A DNA stretch of 64,000 nucleotides from a virus (IMGVR_UViG_3300028797_000161:5384-69383); one strand, 5' to 3'; positions 7,763 through 20,160 are shown, counted from the stretch's first letter. The notes: generated by a model from the sequence alone, not told the origin. Translations and numbers: made by a program.

Positions 7763-10700
7763 TGTCTTACTCAGACGTGGATAGTCGACTTGTAGAAATG
7801 CAATTCGATGCTAAGGACTTTGACAAAGGAATTAAGAAAAGTCAGAAGAACTTCGAAGATTTTAAAAAGTCCTTAAATTTCGACGACGCCTCTAAACAGC
7901 TCAGCAAGATTTCGGAAGCTATGTCCCCTGCCAATAATGCAATATTAAGCCTCGCTAGTAATGTGCAAAAGCTTACCAATGAATTTTTGGGGATTGGTAA
8001 ATTAAGCACATATATTGCTAAGAAAATTCAGAGTGCTTGGAGAGGGGCTTTAAATGAAATTGAACGATTCGGCAAAAGCATGACTGCTGTCCAAATTGAT
8101 GTTGGTAAGGAAAAGTATGAAAAACTTCTGCGAAGTGTTCAAACAATTAAGAATGCTACCGGTGACACCGAAGAAGTAGTTTACGGTGTCATGGATACTC
8201 TAAATAAATATACTGACGAAACAAGTTATGACTTTGCGGATATGGCACAGAATATCGGTAAGTTTACAACTGCCGGAATAAAGTTAGGCGATGCTGAAAA
8301 AGAAATGGAAGGCATTGCTAACTGGGCAGCTCTTGCCGGCCAAGGCGTAAATGAAGCTCAAAGAGCGATGTACAACATTAGCCAGGCTATGAGTGCAGGA
8401 TACATGTTGAAGATCGATTATAAGTCGATTCAAAATGCCAACATGGACATTCGCGATTTTCGAAAGGAAGCACTCGAGGCCGCTGTTGCCATGGGAACCC
8501 TTAAGAAAGCCAAAGACGGCGTCTATAAGACAGTTAAAGGCAATAAGGAAGTCAATCTTGATAACTTTGTCGAAACACTGCAGTTTAAATGGTTTGATAA
8601 AAAGACCATGGAAGCTGTTTTTAAAACATTTGGCGATAATACGCAAGGAATTGGTGAGAAAGCTTATAAAGCAGCTCAGCGTTGTGTAACATTATCTGAT
8701 GTGCTTAATGCATGGAAAGATATGCTATCAACCGGTTGGATGAAGAGCTATGAGCATGTTTTCGGTCAGCTTAGTGATGCAATGGGACTATTTAGTGGTC
8801 TTTGTAATAAAGTGAGCGAAGACCTTGCTAAACTTGTAAACATCCGTAATGGAATTCTGGAGCATTGGAGTCTTGGTGGAGGTCGTAATGCTCTTTGGGG
8901 AGCATTGTTTGGAGAACTTGAAACTCCGGATGGGGAAAAATTATTTAAAGGAGCTTATGGTTTCCTTGATGCCCTTAGGGATATAGGTGAAGCAATTCGT
9001 CAAGCGTTTTGGGATTTTGTTGGTGAGTTCATAGATCCCGCTAATAAATCACTATTTAACTCAGATAAAGAAGGTCAGGGAATCGCTTTCCTTTCTGCTA
9101 AGTTAACCGACCTTACCATGAAATTCCAGGAGTTTACTGGAAAAATCAAAGACTTTTTATTTACCGCAGATGATGACAGCACCGAGACTCGTATGGACCG
9201 CATTAAGAACGTTGCCAAAGCCGTCTTCTCTGCAATCACGCTCGTGGTAAATGTTATAAGTGGAATCGGCGGTTTTATCGGAAAGATCCTTCAGCAACTT
9301 CACCCAGCAATTTCTGCGGTCGAACAACTGATCGATTTTATTGCACAGATGTTTACTGGAGCGGTTGTAAAAGGCGCTAAGAGTAATGCAATAGGGAATT
9401 TCTTTACAACACTTGCTGAAATTCTCCGTCCGGTAACTACGGTCATTAACTTTGTTGTTAGGGCGCTTGCTTCTCTTATAGCCAATATAATCGCTACCGC
9501 AAAGAATAGTGGAGTTCTAACAACTCTTGGAAATATCTTCAAATATTTATCTGCGCAACTTTCAAATATCGTTGTTAAAGTTCTTAATAGCGGAGTTATG
9601 CAATCTATCTTCGGATGGATTCAAAATGCCATCACCAAAATTCCGGAATTGGCTTCCAAAATTAAAGCATTTGCAGATGTTTTGGTTACTAATTTCAGGA
9701 ATAGCAAGGCCGGAAAAGGAATAAGTGATTTCTTTAAGAATACCTTTAATTCCAAGAATATTAAAGGATTTTTAACTAATCTCAAGACTACCCTTAGTAA
9801 ACTTACTAAGAAAATTCCAGAACTTTTCGGTTCTCTATTTGGAGGCATTTCCTCGAATCTTGGCGATGCATTTTCAAAGATATTCGGGATAAGTACAGCG
9901 TCTGCCGAAGGCGTTGATGTTACAGAAAAGCTTGCGGAATCTATTGCCACACCAATAGAAAATATTGGAAAAGGTAATGTTATAAACGATGCTTTGGATC
10001 GAGCAAGCCCCGGAATATTTGAAAAGCTGAAAACAAAGTTTAAGAGTATTTGGGAAAAAATATCTGGGTTCTTTACCACCCTTGCAAACAGTGAGGGTAT
10101 CCAGAAAATTAAGACATTCTTTGAAGGGACCAATTTCAAAGAATTACTTAGCGGAGCTACTGGCATTCTTAAATGGCTTGCTATTTTCCGTACCGGGAGC
10201 GGCCTTGTAAGCATTGGTAAAGGAGCTAAATCGCTTGGTAAAGGTTTGAAGGTCATAGGCAAAAACTTTAAGAATCTTAATTTCACGGACATGTTCAAAA
10301 ACATGTTTAACATTAGTAACATAATCAACAGCAATAATAACACCAAATCCGTTAATTTCAGCAAATTCGGCAATCAAATCCTGCAATTGTCTATTGCGAT
10401 TGGAATACTCGCCTATTCCGCAAGCATGATCGCCAAGATGAATGATGGGGATCTTCTGAAGGCTGGAAAGTCGATAGGTATTATTATAGCAGCCTTGATC
10501 GCCGCTGGCTTCATGGCAAAGAAGTTTGCTGGGAATGGCGCTAGTATCATGAGTTTGGCTGCTGGTGTACTATTGCTCATGATTCCTATGAAAATTCTCA
10601 AAAAGGAATCATGGGACGATGTGCTTAATAGCGCTGGAAAGCTTTTCCTGGTTATTGCAGCACTCACCTTAGCTAGTGCTATCGCCGGAAACGTCAATAT

Positions 10701-13700
10701 GAAAGGTTTCGTTGGACTTGCTCTTGCGGTAAATCTTCTTATGATACCTTTGAAGATTCTCTCTAATATGTCTATTATGGGCAGTGGTCCAGATATGGCC
10801 GGAGGTCTCCTCAAAGCAATTCTAGCATTGGAAACTTTGATATTGTCAATGGCGATCGCCGCACGTATTGCTGATGGAAATAAAATGAAAGGCATGCTTA
10901 GTTTAGGCCTTGCTCTCACCTTGATGATGATACCTCTGAAGGTCATTGCTAATATGAGCTTCGGCAACGCAGTACAAGGCATTGTATCATTACTTGCCAT
11001 AATGGCTGGTATAACAGCTATGGTTAAGTTGACAAAAGGTGCTGAAATGACTAAACTTGCTGGTCTTGTTGGCGCATTAACTGCATTGTCTGTTGTGGCA
11101 TTGATAATTGGCAACACTACAAGTTGGGATAAGGCTCTTGTGGGTTTTGGAAGTATCGTGGCATTGATGCTCGCTATGTCTCTGATCATGAAACAAGCTG
11201 GCAAAATGGATGCGTCCAAACTGAAACAAGTGAAAGCTATATTCCTTTCATTCAGTCTTCTGGTCGGAATTGTTGCTGGGGCCATTGTCCTTATGGACCA
11301 GCTTAAAGTCGACTGGAAACTTGTAGCATCGTTCCTCGGTGGTCTAACCGCTCTCGTAGCTGTACTGGGAATAATTCTTCCGATCCTTGGCAAAATGAGC
11401 CCCAAGTCTGTTGTTGTCAGTATGCTAGCTTTAGCAGGCGCAGTTGTTGCTATTATGGGCGCTGTTGCTCTAATGATTCCGGTCGTTCTAGGATCCGTCG
11501 GAAATGCAATGACCAAGCTGTCTGTCAAGTTGAAGAGCATGGGCATGTTGCTTCGGGATTTCTTTGGTACAATGGATTCTATTAGTGACACTGCGGTTGA
11601 TCATACTCTTCGGATCTTTACAAAATTGTTTGATCTGATAAAGAGCTTTGCTGGATTTGGCGATTACGAGGTTCATATCAGAAGTGCAATGAGCCAAATG
11701 AATTCCCTCGGAGCTGGAATCGATGCTCTTCTGGTTAATGAAAAAGACTATCCTAATAATTTCGAAGATACCAAGACCTATAAGATACTAAATAAAGTTC
11801 TCGAGATGAGCCCGGCATTCACTTCTTTCTCTGTCGGATCACTCCCAGAAGAATTGTTGTATCTCGGTGTTGGTATGATGCTCTTTGATGAGTCTTCTAA
11901 GCGCATTACAAGCACGGAAAACAAAGCACTGGAGCTTCTCCAAGGGATTTTCGGTCAGGCTGACAACATTGAGAAATTCACTAAACTACCATTGAGTACT
12001 TTTAGTGGTCAGATGTCAGCGCTCGGAGGAGCAATGTCCCTTTATGCGCAAGGTGCTTCGGAAATAACCGGTCTTCCTACTGATAATGGAGACATCCCGG
12101 ATATTTCCAATTCTGTGAAAATTCTGAAGGCTATCTGCGCGGCTATCAGCGGTGAAGATGGATCCGAAGCATTCAAAATACCCGATAATATGCCGGATTC
12201 GTTCTCTCTCGGTTTGTTTGCAGGTCAACTGGAATCTCTTGGTCGTGCTCTTAGTACATTTGCTTCGTCGGCTAAAGAAATGGAAACTGATACATCAAAA
12301 GCTATCGCGTTGCTTGAGTTCCTCGCTGAGATTGGAGGATACGTTACTCCTGAGAACCTTGACGTCGTTAATGCTTTTGATGAGGTCGGTCATGCTGAAG
12401 CAAATGGTAAAGGCGGTAAGTTAAATCAGTTTGCGCTTGATATTGGAGCCCTTGGAGAAGCTCTTGGTACCTTTGCTACGAACATTAAAGGTAGCTCTAG
12501 CGACTTTGAAGAGGGTCTCAGTATTCTGGGTCGTATGAAAGAACTGAATCATAAACTTACAGCTGATAATATTCGGTTCGCTAAAGTATTTGATAATGCT
12601 GGAATCCACAAATCTGCACTCAGTGTTTTCTCTGATGATATCGGAGCTCTTGGTCATTCAATTGCCAGCTTTGCAAAGAATGTAATTCTGAAAGATGGGA
12701 CAAAAGTAGATTTCGACTATGCACTGCAGGCTCTTGATTTTCTTGCCAATCTACAGAATAGACTTCCTGATATGGGTGGTCTGCATCAACTGTTATATGG
12801 CGAAAAAGAGACTCTGGGGAAACTGTCGGATGATGTTATTCTTATCGGAAATGGCTTGAGCTCATTTAGTCAATCAATTACGGGTGCATCTGAAGACGGT
12901 AGCGCTTTTAATATGAAAGCAGTGACCGAAGCTGTGGATTTCCTGAGCAGTCTGATCAATGTTATTGGTATGTTGAATACAACTGTAATCCCCACCGATA
13001 ACATGTGGGCCGATGATTATGGAGATGTCATTACTAACTTTGCTAATCTTTTGGCCATTCTTAATGGTGACTTTGGAAATGAATCAATGATCGAAGATCT
13101 CGCTTCCTTCGCGCAACGTATGACAACCGCATTTAATGAAATTGGCGGTATCGATGCACAAGCAATATCTGTTTTTAGTGACCTTGCCAAAGGCCTGGCG
13201 ACACTTATTACTTTGGATGTCAGTGGTGAATATCGTTATCCTGGTAAAATGATTTCTGAAGGAATAGCCATTGGTATTGAAGAAGGAAGAAGTCGAGTCG
13301 TTAATGCCATTGTTAGTGTGGTATCAGCAGCTATTCAAGCAGGAAAAGATACTGCCAACATCGCATCTCCTTCCAAGGTTTTTGAAGAGATGGGCCAGTT
13401 CATGGATGCTGGTTTGGTCAAAGGTCTGCTAAATGACAAAGACGATGTAGAAAAAGCTAGTGGTATAATGACTGGATCTGCTATAGATAAAGCAACTTCT
13501 CTGATGGCTTTAATAAGTCAAGCTATGGCCGATGAAGTGGATTATAGTCCAACTATTACCCCCGTTCTCGACCTTAGCCAGATTACAGCAGCCGGATCTA
13601 CATTGGATTCGTTCTTTGATAATTATTCATTAAACCTTATGTCTTCATTAAAACGCGCATCCGCATCGGTCGACAATAGCCCGGTTCAGGTTGTGGTTCA

Positions 13701-13887
13701 AAATCCCACAGATTTAACCGGTCTAAACGAAGCGCTGATGCAAGTTCAAACTGAACTCGTCGAACTTCAGACAGCAATGACGAACATGAAGATTGTTCTC
13801 AATAATGGCGTAATTGCTGGAGGAGTTACAGACGATGTTGATAATAATTTAGGCAGAAAAAATCTGTACGCAAGTAGACGTAATTAA
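7762..13887 (+). CDS. Tape measure protein (~2040 aa)
   Basis: Very long, helical and Ala/Gly-rich. Tape-measure domain LNKYTDETSYDFADMAQNIGKFTTAG, hydrophobic central repeats, and C-terminal IASPSKVF. Likely GTG start at 7762 after GGAGGTGAGG. Confidence 0.93.
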   Translation: MSYSDVDSRLVEMQFDAKDFDKGIKKSQKNFEDFKKSLNFDDASKQLSKISEAMSPANNAILSLASNVQKLTNEFLGIGKLSTYIAKKIQSAWRGALNEIERFGKSMTAVQIDVGKEKYEKLLRSVQTIKNATGDTEEVVYGVMDTLNKYTDETSYDFADMAQNIGKFTTAGIKLGDAEKEMEGIANWAALAGQGVNEAQRAMYNISQAMSAGYMLKIDYKSIQNANMDIRDFRKEALEAAVAMGTLKKAKDGVYKTVKGNKEVNLDNFVETLQFKWFDKKTMEAVFKTFGDNTQGIGEKAYKAAQRCVTLSDVLNAWKDMLSTGWMKSYEHVFGQLSDAMGLFSGLCNKVSEDLAKLVNIRNGILEHWSLGGGRNALWGALFGELETPDGEKLFKGAYGFLDALRDIGEAIRQAFWDFVGEFIDPANKSLFNSDKEGQGIAFLSAKLTDLTMKFQEFTGKIKDFLFTADDDSTETRMDRIKNVAKAVFSAITLVVNVISGIGGFIGKILQQLHPAISAVEQLIDFIAQMFTGAVVKGAKSNAIGNFFTTLAEILRPVTTVINFVVRALASLIANIIATAKNSGVLTTLGNIFKYLSAQLSNIVVKVLNSGVMQSIFGWIQNAITKIPELASKIKAFADVLVTNFRNSKAGKGISDFFKNTFNSKNIKGFLTNLKTTLSKLTKKIPELFGSLFGGISSNLGDAFSKIFGISTASAEGVDVTEKLAESIATPIENIGKGNVINDALDRASPGIFEKLKTKFKSIWEKISGFFTTLANSEGIQKIKTFFEGTNFKELLSGATGILKWLAIFRTGSGLVSIGKGAKSLGKGLKVIGKNFKNLNFTDMFKNMFNISNIINSNNNTKSVNFSKFGNQILQLSIAIGILAYSASMIAKMNDGDLLKAGKSIGIIIAALIAAGFMAKKFAGNGASIMSLAAGVLLLMIPMKILKKESWDDVLNSAGKLFLVIAALTLASAIAGNVNMKGFVGLALAVNLLMIPLKILSNMSIMGSGPDMAGGLLKAILALETLILSMAIAARIADGNKMKGMLSLGLALTLMMIPLKVIANMSFGNAVQGIVSLLAIMAGITAMVKLTKGAEMTKLAGLVGALTALSVVALIIGNTTSWDKALVGFGSIVALMLAMSLIMKQAGKMDASKLKQVKAIFLSFSLLVGIVAGAIVLMDQLKVDWKLVASFLGGLTALVAVLGIILPILGKMSPKSVVVSMLALAGAVVAIMGAVALMIPVVLGSVGNAMTKLSVKLKSMGMLLRDFFGTMDSISDTAVDHTLRIFTKLFDLIKSFAGFGDYEVHIRSAMSQMNSLGAGIDALLVNEKDYPNNFEDTKTYKILNKVLEMSPAFTSFSVGSLPEELLYLGVGMMLFDESSKRITSTENKALELLQGIFGQADNIEKFTKLPLSTFSGQMSALGGAMSLYAQGASEITGLPTDNGDIPDISNSVKILKAICAAISGEDGSEAFKIPDNMPDSFSLGLFAGQLESLGRALSTFASSAKEMETDTSKAIALLEFLAEIGGYVTPENLDVVNAFDEVGHAEANGKGGKLNQFALDIGALGEALGTFATNIKGSSSDFEEGLSILGRMKELNHKLTADNIRFAKVFDNAGIHKSALSVFSDDIGALGHSIASFAKNVILKDGTKVDFDYALQALDFLANLQNRLPDMGGLHQLLYGEKETLGKLSDDVILIGNGLSSFSQSITGASEDGSAFNMKAVTEAVDFLSSLINVIGMLNTTVIPTDNMWADDYGDVITNFANLLAILNGDFGNESMIEDLASFAQRMTTAFNEIGGIDAQAISVFSDLAKGLATLITLDVSGEYRYPGKMISEGIAIGIEEGRSRVVNAIVSVVSAAIQAGKDTANIASPSKVFEEMGQFMDAGLVKGLLNDKDDVEKASGIMTGSAIDKATSLMALISQAMADEVDYSPTITPVLDLSQITAAGSTLDSFFDNYSLNLMSSLKRASASVDNSPVQVVVQNPTDLTGLNEALMQVQTELVELQTAMTNMKIVLNNGVIAGGVTDDVDNNLGRKNLYASRRN

Positions 13888-13892
13888 TTAAC

Positions 13893-13920
13893 GCCGGGGA
13901 ACTTTCTCCGGCTTTCTTTT
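13893..13920 (+). terminator. Rho-independent terminator after the tape measure gene
   Basis: GCCGGGGA-ACTT-TCTCCGGC followed by TTTCTTTT. Confidence 0.65.
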
Positions 13921-13944
13921 GTGTAAAGGAGGTCGGAGAAGTTC

Positions 13945-16900
13945 ATGGCCGGCGAGACTGTAGTTTTTTATATTAAAAACTTTATACGTAACGGCTCAAA
14001 TGTTACAACTGAAACCGTTATGCAAACGATTCCATTTTCAGGAGATCCGGTTTTTAATAACCCGAAAGCAAAAAATGATTTAGGAAAAGCTGGATCTTTT
14101 GAATTTGAAATCGCTCCTACCAGCCCATATTACGATTCTTTCATACAGTTTAAAACAAAGATTCGGATCGAGTATTTCGGAGTTCAATTGTTCCGTGGTC
14201 GTGTTATTACTGTCGATCCAAGAACAACCGGAATTCGTACGGTCCATTGTGAAGGTAGTTTTGCCTTTTTCCTCGATAGTCACCAATTAGGGACCAAAGA
14301 GGAAACGAGACCTAAAATTGATGTTAATGCATACCTGCAGCAGATAATCACACAGCATAATCAGGATATGCATGGAGATACAGACCGGATGTTCACTCTT
14401 GGTGAGGTGCCTGGTCAATATACCAATGCCACAGATGCTAAACAACGGGTTACTATCCCGGTAGATAAATCATCTCAGCAGTTCGGAGATACCAGTTGGA
14501 ATAAATCCATGGATCGCCTTGAAGGATTACTGAGTGAATTTGGTGGCTATTTCCGGGTAAGATACAATTCAAATGATGGATCAAATTATCTGGATTGGTA
14601 TGATAAATACTATAATGCAACCCTTAATGCACAAACAATCGAAGTTGCGAAGAATCTTATTGATCTGAGCGGATCTAATAATGTGGATAATCTGTTCACT
14701 GCCGTTGTTCCGATAGGAAAAGGTAAAAATGGCGAAGATATTTTCATCAGCGACTATTGGCCGATTGTAAGTGCCAATCATGAAAAAGTAGATTATATCC
14801 TCGTTTCAGAGCTTGCTACAATCCCCCTTTATTCCGACAATGAGTTGAATACGGATTATCATAGAAAATCAGACTATCAGAATGCGGTATCTGATTATGG
14901 ATATATCTGGAGACCAGTTGAATTTGAGAATGCAGATACTCCAGAGAAATTGTTTAACTATGCAAAAGATTGGATCAAAAACAATTATATTTCCGAAATT
15001 ACACAATGGTCGGTAACTGCCGTAGATCTTAAAATTGTTGACCCGTCAAAGCAATATCTTCTGTGCGGCGATATTGTAAATCTGGTTCATCCTGAGGTAT
15101 CCAATATATATCGAGGATTAACTATCATATCTGCCGAATATGATTTTTACAATCCAAAAAATAATAAATATACGATAGGTATTCCTCATCAGGAGATTAA
15201 TGGCTCTTACGGCGTAAAGAATAAGTCCAAGGGCAAAGGTGGAGGCGGACCTATAAGTAACCAAAATAATGGCTCCGATCCTACTGAGGAAGAAAAGCGC
15301 ATCGCGGAATTAAGAACTCAACTTCAACATGATTATTATTTTAAACAAACCGATGGTCGAGATATTACATTAGATAATCCTCTTGCTTTTACGATTTATA
15401 CTACCGATATAACGCAAAAAGAGAAGAAGCAGTCAGTCGAGGAATTTATTGATGCCGCTTCAAAGTTATCTGAAACCAAAAGAAATAATTATGCGACATT
15501 ATTGGCTGAAGCCCAAAGACGAGGAGTCTCGGTAGATGATACTCAACTGTTAATTGACTACACTCCGTCAGTTAAACGGCAACAGACTCGTTTTAAGAAC
15601 CAAGCTGCTGATTTTTTGCTTAATACAGTTGGACTGAATCATCAACAGGTTAATGTTCTTCTTAATGAAACCGCTAGCCAAAGTTATTTTGCCAACCTGG
15701 TTGATGATAATGGTAACTGGACTGATTTTGCCTTACGTCAAGGTGCTACTATATGGAACAATAGCGAATCTATTAGAGAGCAAGCATTTAATACAAGAGT
15801 CATTCTTAGTGGTGGGAAACTTCCGAATACTACTATTGACACTGTTTCAAATGTTGCTAATCAATTTAAGGATTTGCTCGCCGGGAAAAAGCTTAATGTC
15901 GGGAACACTCTTGATGTTGATAATGTTGTTGATAGTGTTACTGGATTTGTAACCAAAACAGCTGAACTTCTTAACGGGAACGTCCAATTCAAGATGGAAG
16001 AGGTGGCCGCAACAGTAGGTCAAGGCTCTTGGAATCAGTTAAATCTTGATTTTCTTGGTGTTTTCACAGCCAACAATACAGAAGAAGACGGAAAAGAATT
16101 TGAGATTGAATCTGACACCGCCCATATTGATGGCGTAGACGGTACTGCCCAATTCGGACGAGATTCAAATTGGGAGTGGCTGTGTAAGGTAAACGATACA
16201 ATCACATATGTTGACGATCAAGGCGTTACGCGTACGTCCCCTGGTTTCATGAATGCTATGGATTTTCATACCAGGGAAATCCCATCATTCAAGACAAAGT
16301 TTGCTGCAATTGATACATTGGTCGCAAACAAAGCTACCATTGGTGAGCTGAATGCCGCAGTCGCACGGATTGCATCATTGGAGACTGACAAGTTAACTAC
16401 CACTCAGCTTAAGGCGGCAATTGCACAAATCACTTCATCACTTATTGTAAACCACGGCATGGTTATTGGCGGAGTTGTGCAAAGCTCCGGTCCGATATAC
16501 GCTTCTGATTTTTACTTTGGAACGCCCGATGGCTCACGTAGTTTAAAACATTGTTTGCTCGGCGGCAAAGTAGAACTTGTTAGCGGCACTACCGATACAT
16601 ATCATATCGTTGGTTATGATGGCGATGGTAATGAAGTAACTTTTTCAGGAACTTTTAGTAGAGCCGGAGGACCCTCTATCGGAAGTGCGGGCTGGTCTGA
16701 CGGCGTATATTCGGTTAAAGATACAAATGATGTAGTTCTAGTATCTACCGCATTGCAAGCCCTACTTCCGACCGGCGCAACAACTGTAAGCGGAAAAGTC
16801 GTATCAAGAGACTTTTATGTATTATATGGACCCGATGAAGATCATATGTATTCAACTGGGTTCACATGTCCGGTATCTATAGACGCTTCGGATGTATTTG

Positions 16901-18003
16901 ACGATGGAGTTGCCGATGCAGGACTTGAAGTAGACACTACCAACAAGCAAGTTAAGCGTGTGGCGTCTAGCAACATAAAGGCCGTGTCGATAACCGCAGA
17001 TGCAAGTATTACATATGATTCCCAAACTCATAAATATACTGCAGGAGCACAATCCAAAGCCGGTACTCATCTAATGCAATACCAAAGCATAGAAAGTGGA
17101 CTTGAAGCGTATGATGATGGGTATAATACTGGCTGGAATGACGGCGGCAAAGCTTCATATGTAGCGTATCAGTCAGGCGCCTCAGTTCCTTCTGGAATGA
17201 CCCCTACGGAATTGGCATACAATACGAACTATAAGATGTATGCTAGATACAATGATAGTGGCGGAACTGCTAGGGACGCTAGTGGAAATGCCAATGCCGT
17301 AAGATATTTCAAGACAAAGCCAGATCGGTACGATACTGGTGTATCTGATGGCGCTACAGCAGCAGGACTTGAACTAGATACGACAAATAAAAAAGTAAAA
17401 AGAGTTGCATCTAGTAATGTGAAAGAGTACTCCATTACTGCGGAAGCAAGCATCACATATAATTCGCAGACCCATAAGTATACAGCAGGAGCCCAATCCA
17501 AGGCCGGTACAGCAAATATGCAGTATCAGAGCAGAGAAAGCGGGCTTGAAGCATATAATGACGGGTATGATGCTAATAATTCCGCATGGTTGTATGAACA
17601 AAATACAGGTAATTCCGCTGGCAACTTGAATCCTGGTATATGGGTGACCGCTGGTTATAGGGATCACAATAACGGTGTACATTATTGTGGTACAAAATGG
17701 CGCACACTAGAAGTTGGCGGTGTTCGTGAACATACTGGAACAGAACCATCTGGACTAATTCCACTAGGATACAATAAAGTTTATGAAGTTTATTATGATA
17801 ATGGCAATGGTGGAACCCCTGGTTCTGGTAAGTATTTTAAAACACCTGCAGCAGCTGCAGCAGTTACATTATCAGAAATTTGTACTCTGATTGCTTCTGC
17901 CGGAGGACCTGGTCCTGTTAGGGCAAAGTACAAATTGTCGAACGGAACCAAAGGCGTAGTAACAACTAGAGGCTTAAGTCAAGCTCAGTGGGATTCTTAT
18001 TAA
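13945..18003 (+). CDS. Tail-associated (Tal/endopeptidase-fold) baseplate hub with long fibre/spike extension
   Basis: N-terminal GKAGSFEFEI..LFRGRV..CEG..FFLDS is typical of phage tail endopeptidase-fold proteins. Coiled-coil segment and repeated C-terminal beta modules follow. Confidence 0.8.
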   Translation: MAGETVVFYIKNFIRNGSNVTTETVMQTIPFSGDPVFNNPKAKNDLGKAGSFEFEIAPTSPYYDSFIQFKTKIRIEYFGVQLFRGRVITVDPRTTGIRTVHCEGSFAFFLDSHQLGTKEETRPKIDVNAYLQQIITQHNQDMHGDTDRMFTLGEVPGQYTNATDAKQRVTIPVDKSSQQFGDTSWNKSMDRLEGLLSEFGGYFRVRYNSNDGSNYLDWYDKYYNATLNAQTIEVAKNLIDLSGSNNVDNLFTAVVPIGKGKNGEDIFISDYWPIVSANHEKVDYILVSELATIPLYSDNELNTDYHRKSDYQNAVSDYGYIWRPVEFENADTPEKLFNYAKDWIKNNYISEITQWSVTAVDLKIVDPSKQYLLCGDIVNLVHPEVSNIYRGLTIISAEYDFYNPKNNKYTIGIPHQEINGSYGVKNKSKGKGGGGPISNQNNGSDPTEEEKRIAELRTQLQHDYYFKQTDGRDITLDNPLAFTIYTTDITQKEKKQSVEEFIDAASKLSETKRNNYATLLAEAQRRGVSVDDTQLLIDYTPSVKRQQTRFKNQAADFLLNTVGLNHQQVNVLLNETASQSYFANLVDDNGNWTDFALRQGATIWNNSESIREQAFNTRVILSGGKLPNTTIDTVSNVANQFKDLLAGKKLNVGNTLDVDNVVDSVTGFVTKTAELLNGNVQFKMEEVAATVGQGSWNQLNLDFLGVFTANNTEEDGKEFEIESDTAHIDGVDGTAQFGRDSNWEWLCKVNDTITYVDDQGVTRTSPGFMNAMDFHTREIPSFKTKFAAIDTLVANKATIGELNAAVARIASLETDKLTTTQLKAAIAQITSSLIVNHGMVIGGVVQSSGPIYASDFYFGTPDGSRSLKHCLLGGKVELVSGTTDTYHIVGYDGDGNEVTFSGTFSRAGGPSIGSAGWSDGVYSVKDTNDVVLVSTALQALLPTGATTVSGKVVSRDFYVLYGPDEDHMYSTGFTCPVSIDASDVFDDGVADAGLEVDTTNKQVKRVASSNIKAVSITADASITYDSQTHKYTAGAQSKAGTHLMQYQSIESGLEAYDDGYNTGWNDGGKASYVAYQSGASVPSGMTPTELAYNTNYKMYARYNDSGGTARDASGNANAVRYFKTKPDRYDTGVSDGATAAGLELDTTNKKVKRVASSNVKEYSITAEASITYNSQTHKYTAGAQSKAGTANMQYQSRESGLEAYNDGYDANNSAWLYEQNTGNSAGNLNPGIWVTAGYRDHNNGVHYCGTKWRTLEVGGVREHTGTEPSGLIPLGYNKVYEVYYDNGNGGTPGSGKYFKTPAAAAAVTLSEICTLIASAGGPGPVRAKYKLSNGTKGVVTTRGLSQAQWDSY
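16921..17568 (+). repeat. Internal 68-codon duplication in the tail spike (16921-17124 and 17365-17568)
   Basis: GLEVDTTNKQVKRVASSNIK...GLEAYDDGY versus GLELDTTNKKVKRVASSNVK...GLEAYNDGY; offset 444 nt. Confidence 0.9.
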
Positions 18004-18021
18004 TGAAAGGATGGACACATT

Positions 18022-18276
18022 ATGGAAAATCAGAACACAGAAAAAGACATGTGGGTTAAGACAGCAATTAATATTCTTCAGAATATATCAGTACCGATTA
18101 TTCTTGAAGACCAAATTACGATTCCGATTAAATCTGCTATCGGATATCTGTTTATGTATAATAAGCTTTCTGGAGAGGAAAAAAGACAAAAACAAGAAAC
18201 AGTTCTTGAACTTGTAGAAACTCCTGTTACTGAAGAGGTTAAGGAGGATCAAAATGGACCAGAACAAGATACCTGA
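18022..18276 (+). CDS. Small tail-region hypothetical protein
   Basis: 84-aa ORF directly after the tail spike and overlapping the next ORF. Confidence 0.55.
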   Translation: MENQNTEKDMWVKTAINILQNISVPIILEDQITIPIKSAIGYLFMYNKLSGEEKRQKQETVLELVETPVTEEVKEDQNGPEQDT

Positions 18277-18562
18277 GATCTATCTCCCGAAAGCATTCAC
18301 ACCGACTGTAGAGTTTAGTGATGGATCTTCTTTGAATGCCACGGCTGGATACAATGCCATTTCCGATGATTTATGGATATGGCTTAGTGATCCTATGAGT
18401 TTTGCTGATGCAGTTGAATGGTTTTCAAATAATGCATCTAAAACCGAGAATATAACGGTGAACGCCTCTGCAATCGAACGCACAACTTATAGTAATTATA
18501 CTATTCTAATGGACATTCAGGAAGGATTAGGCGGAACTAAGAATATTCGGTTGAAGAGGTGA
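18254..18562 (+). CDS. Small tail-region hypothetical protein
   Basis: RBS AAGGAGG; 102 aa. Confidence 0.65.
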   Translation: MDQNKIPEIYLPKAFTPTVEFSDGSSLNATAGYNAISDDLWIWLSDPMSFADAVEWFSNNASKTENITVNASAIERTTYSNYTILMDIQEGLGGTKNIRLKR

Positions 18563-19014
18563 GATTTATGTATGCCTATGATGGAGCACATGCCATAACT
18601 TTTATTAATTCTTCTAATACTAGCAAGAATACATGGAGTGATTGGCATCTGATCCCGACTCAGAAACCGGTATTCCCTGCTCCAGAGTTCGAAGCTAATT
18701 ATGTGGATATTCCTGGTCGGAATGGATCTCTTGATTTGTCGGATTATCTTACTGGTGGTCCGTCTTATAAGGATAGAATCGGATCATTTGAATTCATATT
18801 TGTCGGATCTGACATGAATACAATGCTTAATACCATTTGTCAGTTCCTTCAAGGAAAGAAAATGAAGATTGTTTTATCTGATGATCCTAATTTTTATTAC
18901 GAAGGTCGAGTTTCCGTTACGAATAAAGCCGACCAGGGATATCCTCGATTAACATTCGCATGCCGGGTTGGTCCGTATAAGACTAATCGTAGCTCCGGAG
19001 CACACCAATTCTGA
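18559..19014 (+). CDS. Distal tail (Dit-like) protein
   Basis: NTWSDWHLIP..YVDIPGRNGSLDLS..LQGKKMKIVLSDDPNFYYEGR is Dit-like. Confidence 0.72.
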   Translation: MRFMYAYDGAHAITFINSSNTSKNTWSDWHLIPTQKPVFPAPEFEANYVDIPGRNGSLDLSDYLTGGPSYKDRIGSFEFIFVGSDMNTMLNTICQFLQGKKMKIVLSDDPNFYYEGRVSVTNKADQGYPRLTFACRVGPYKTNRSSGAHQF

Positions 19015-19024
19015 TTTCTAAGTA

Positions 19025-20160
<1,136 letters not shown>

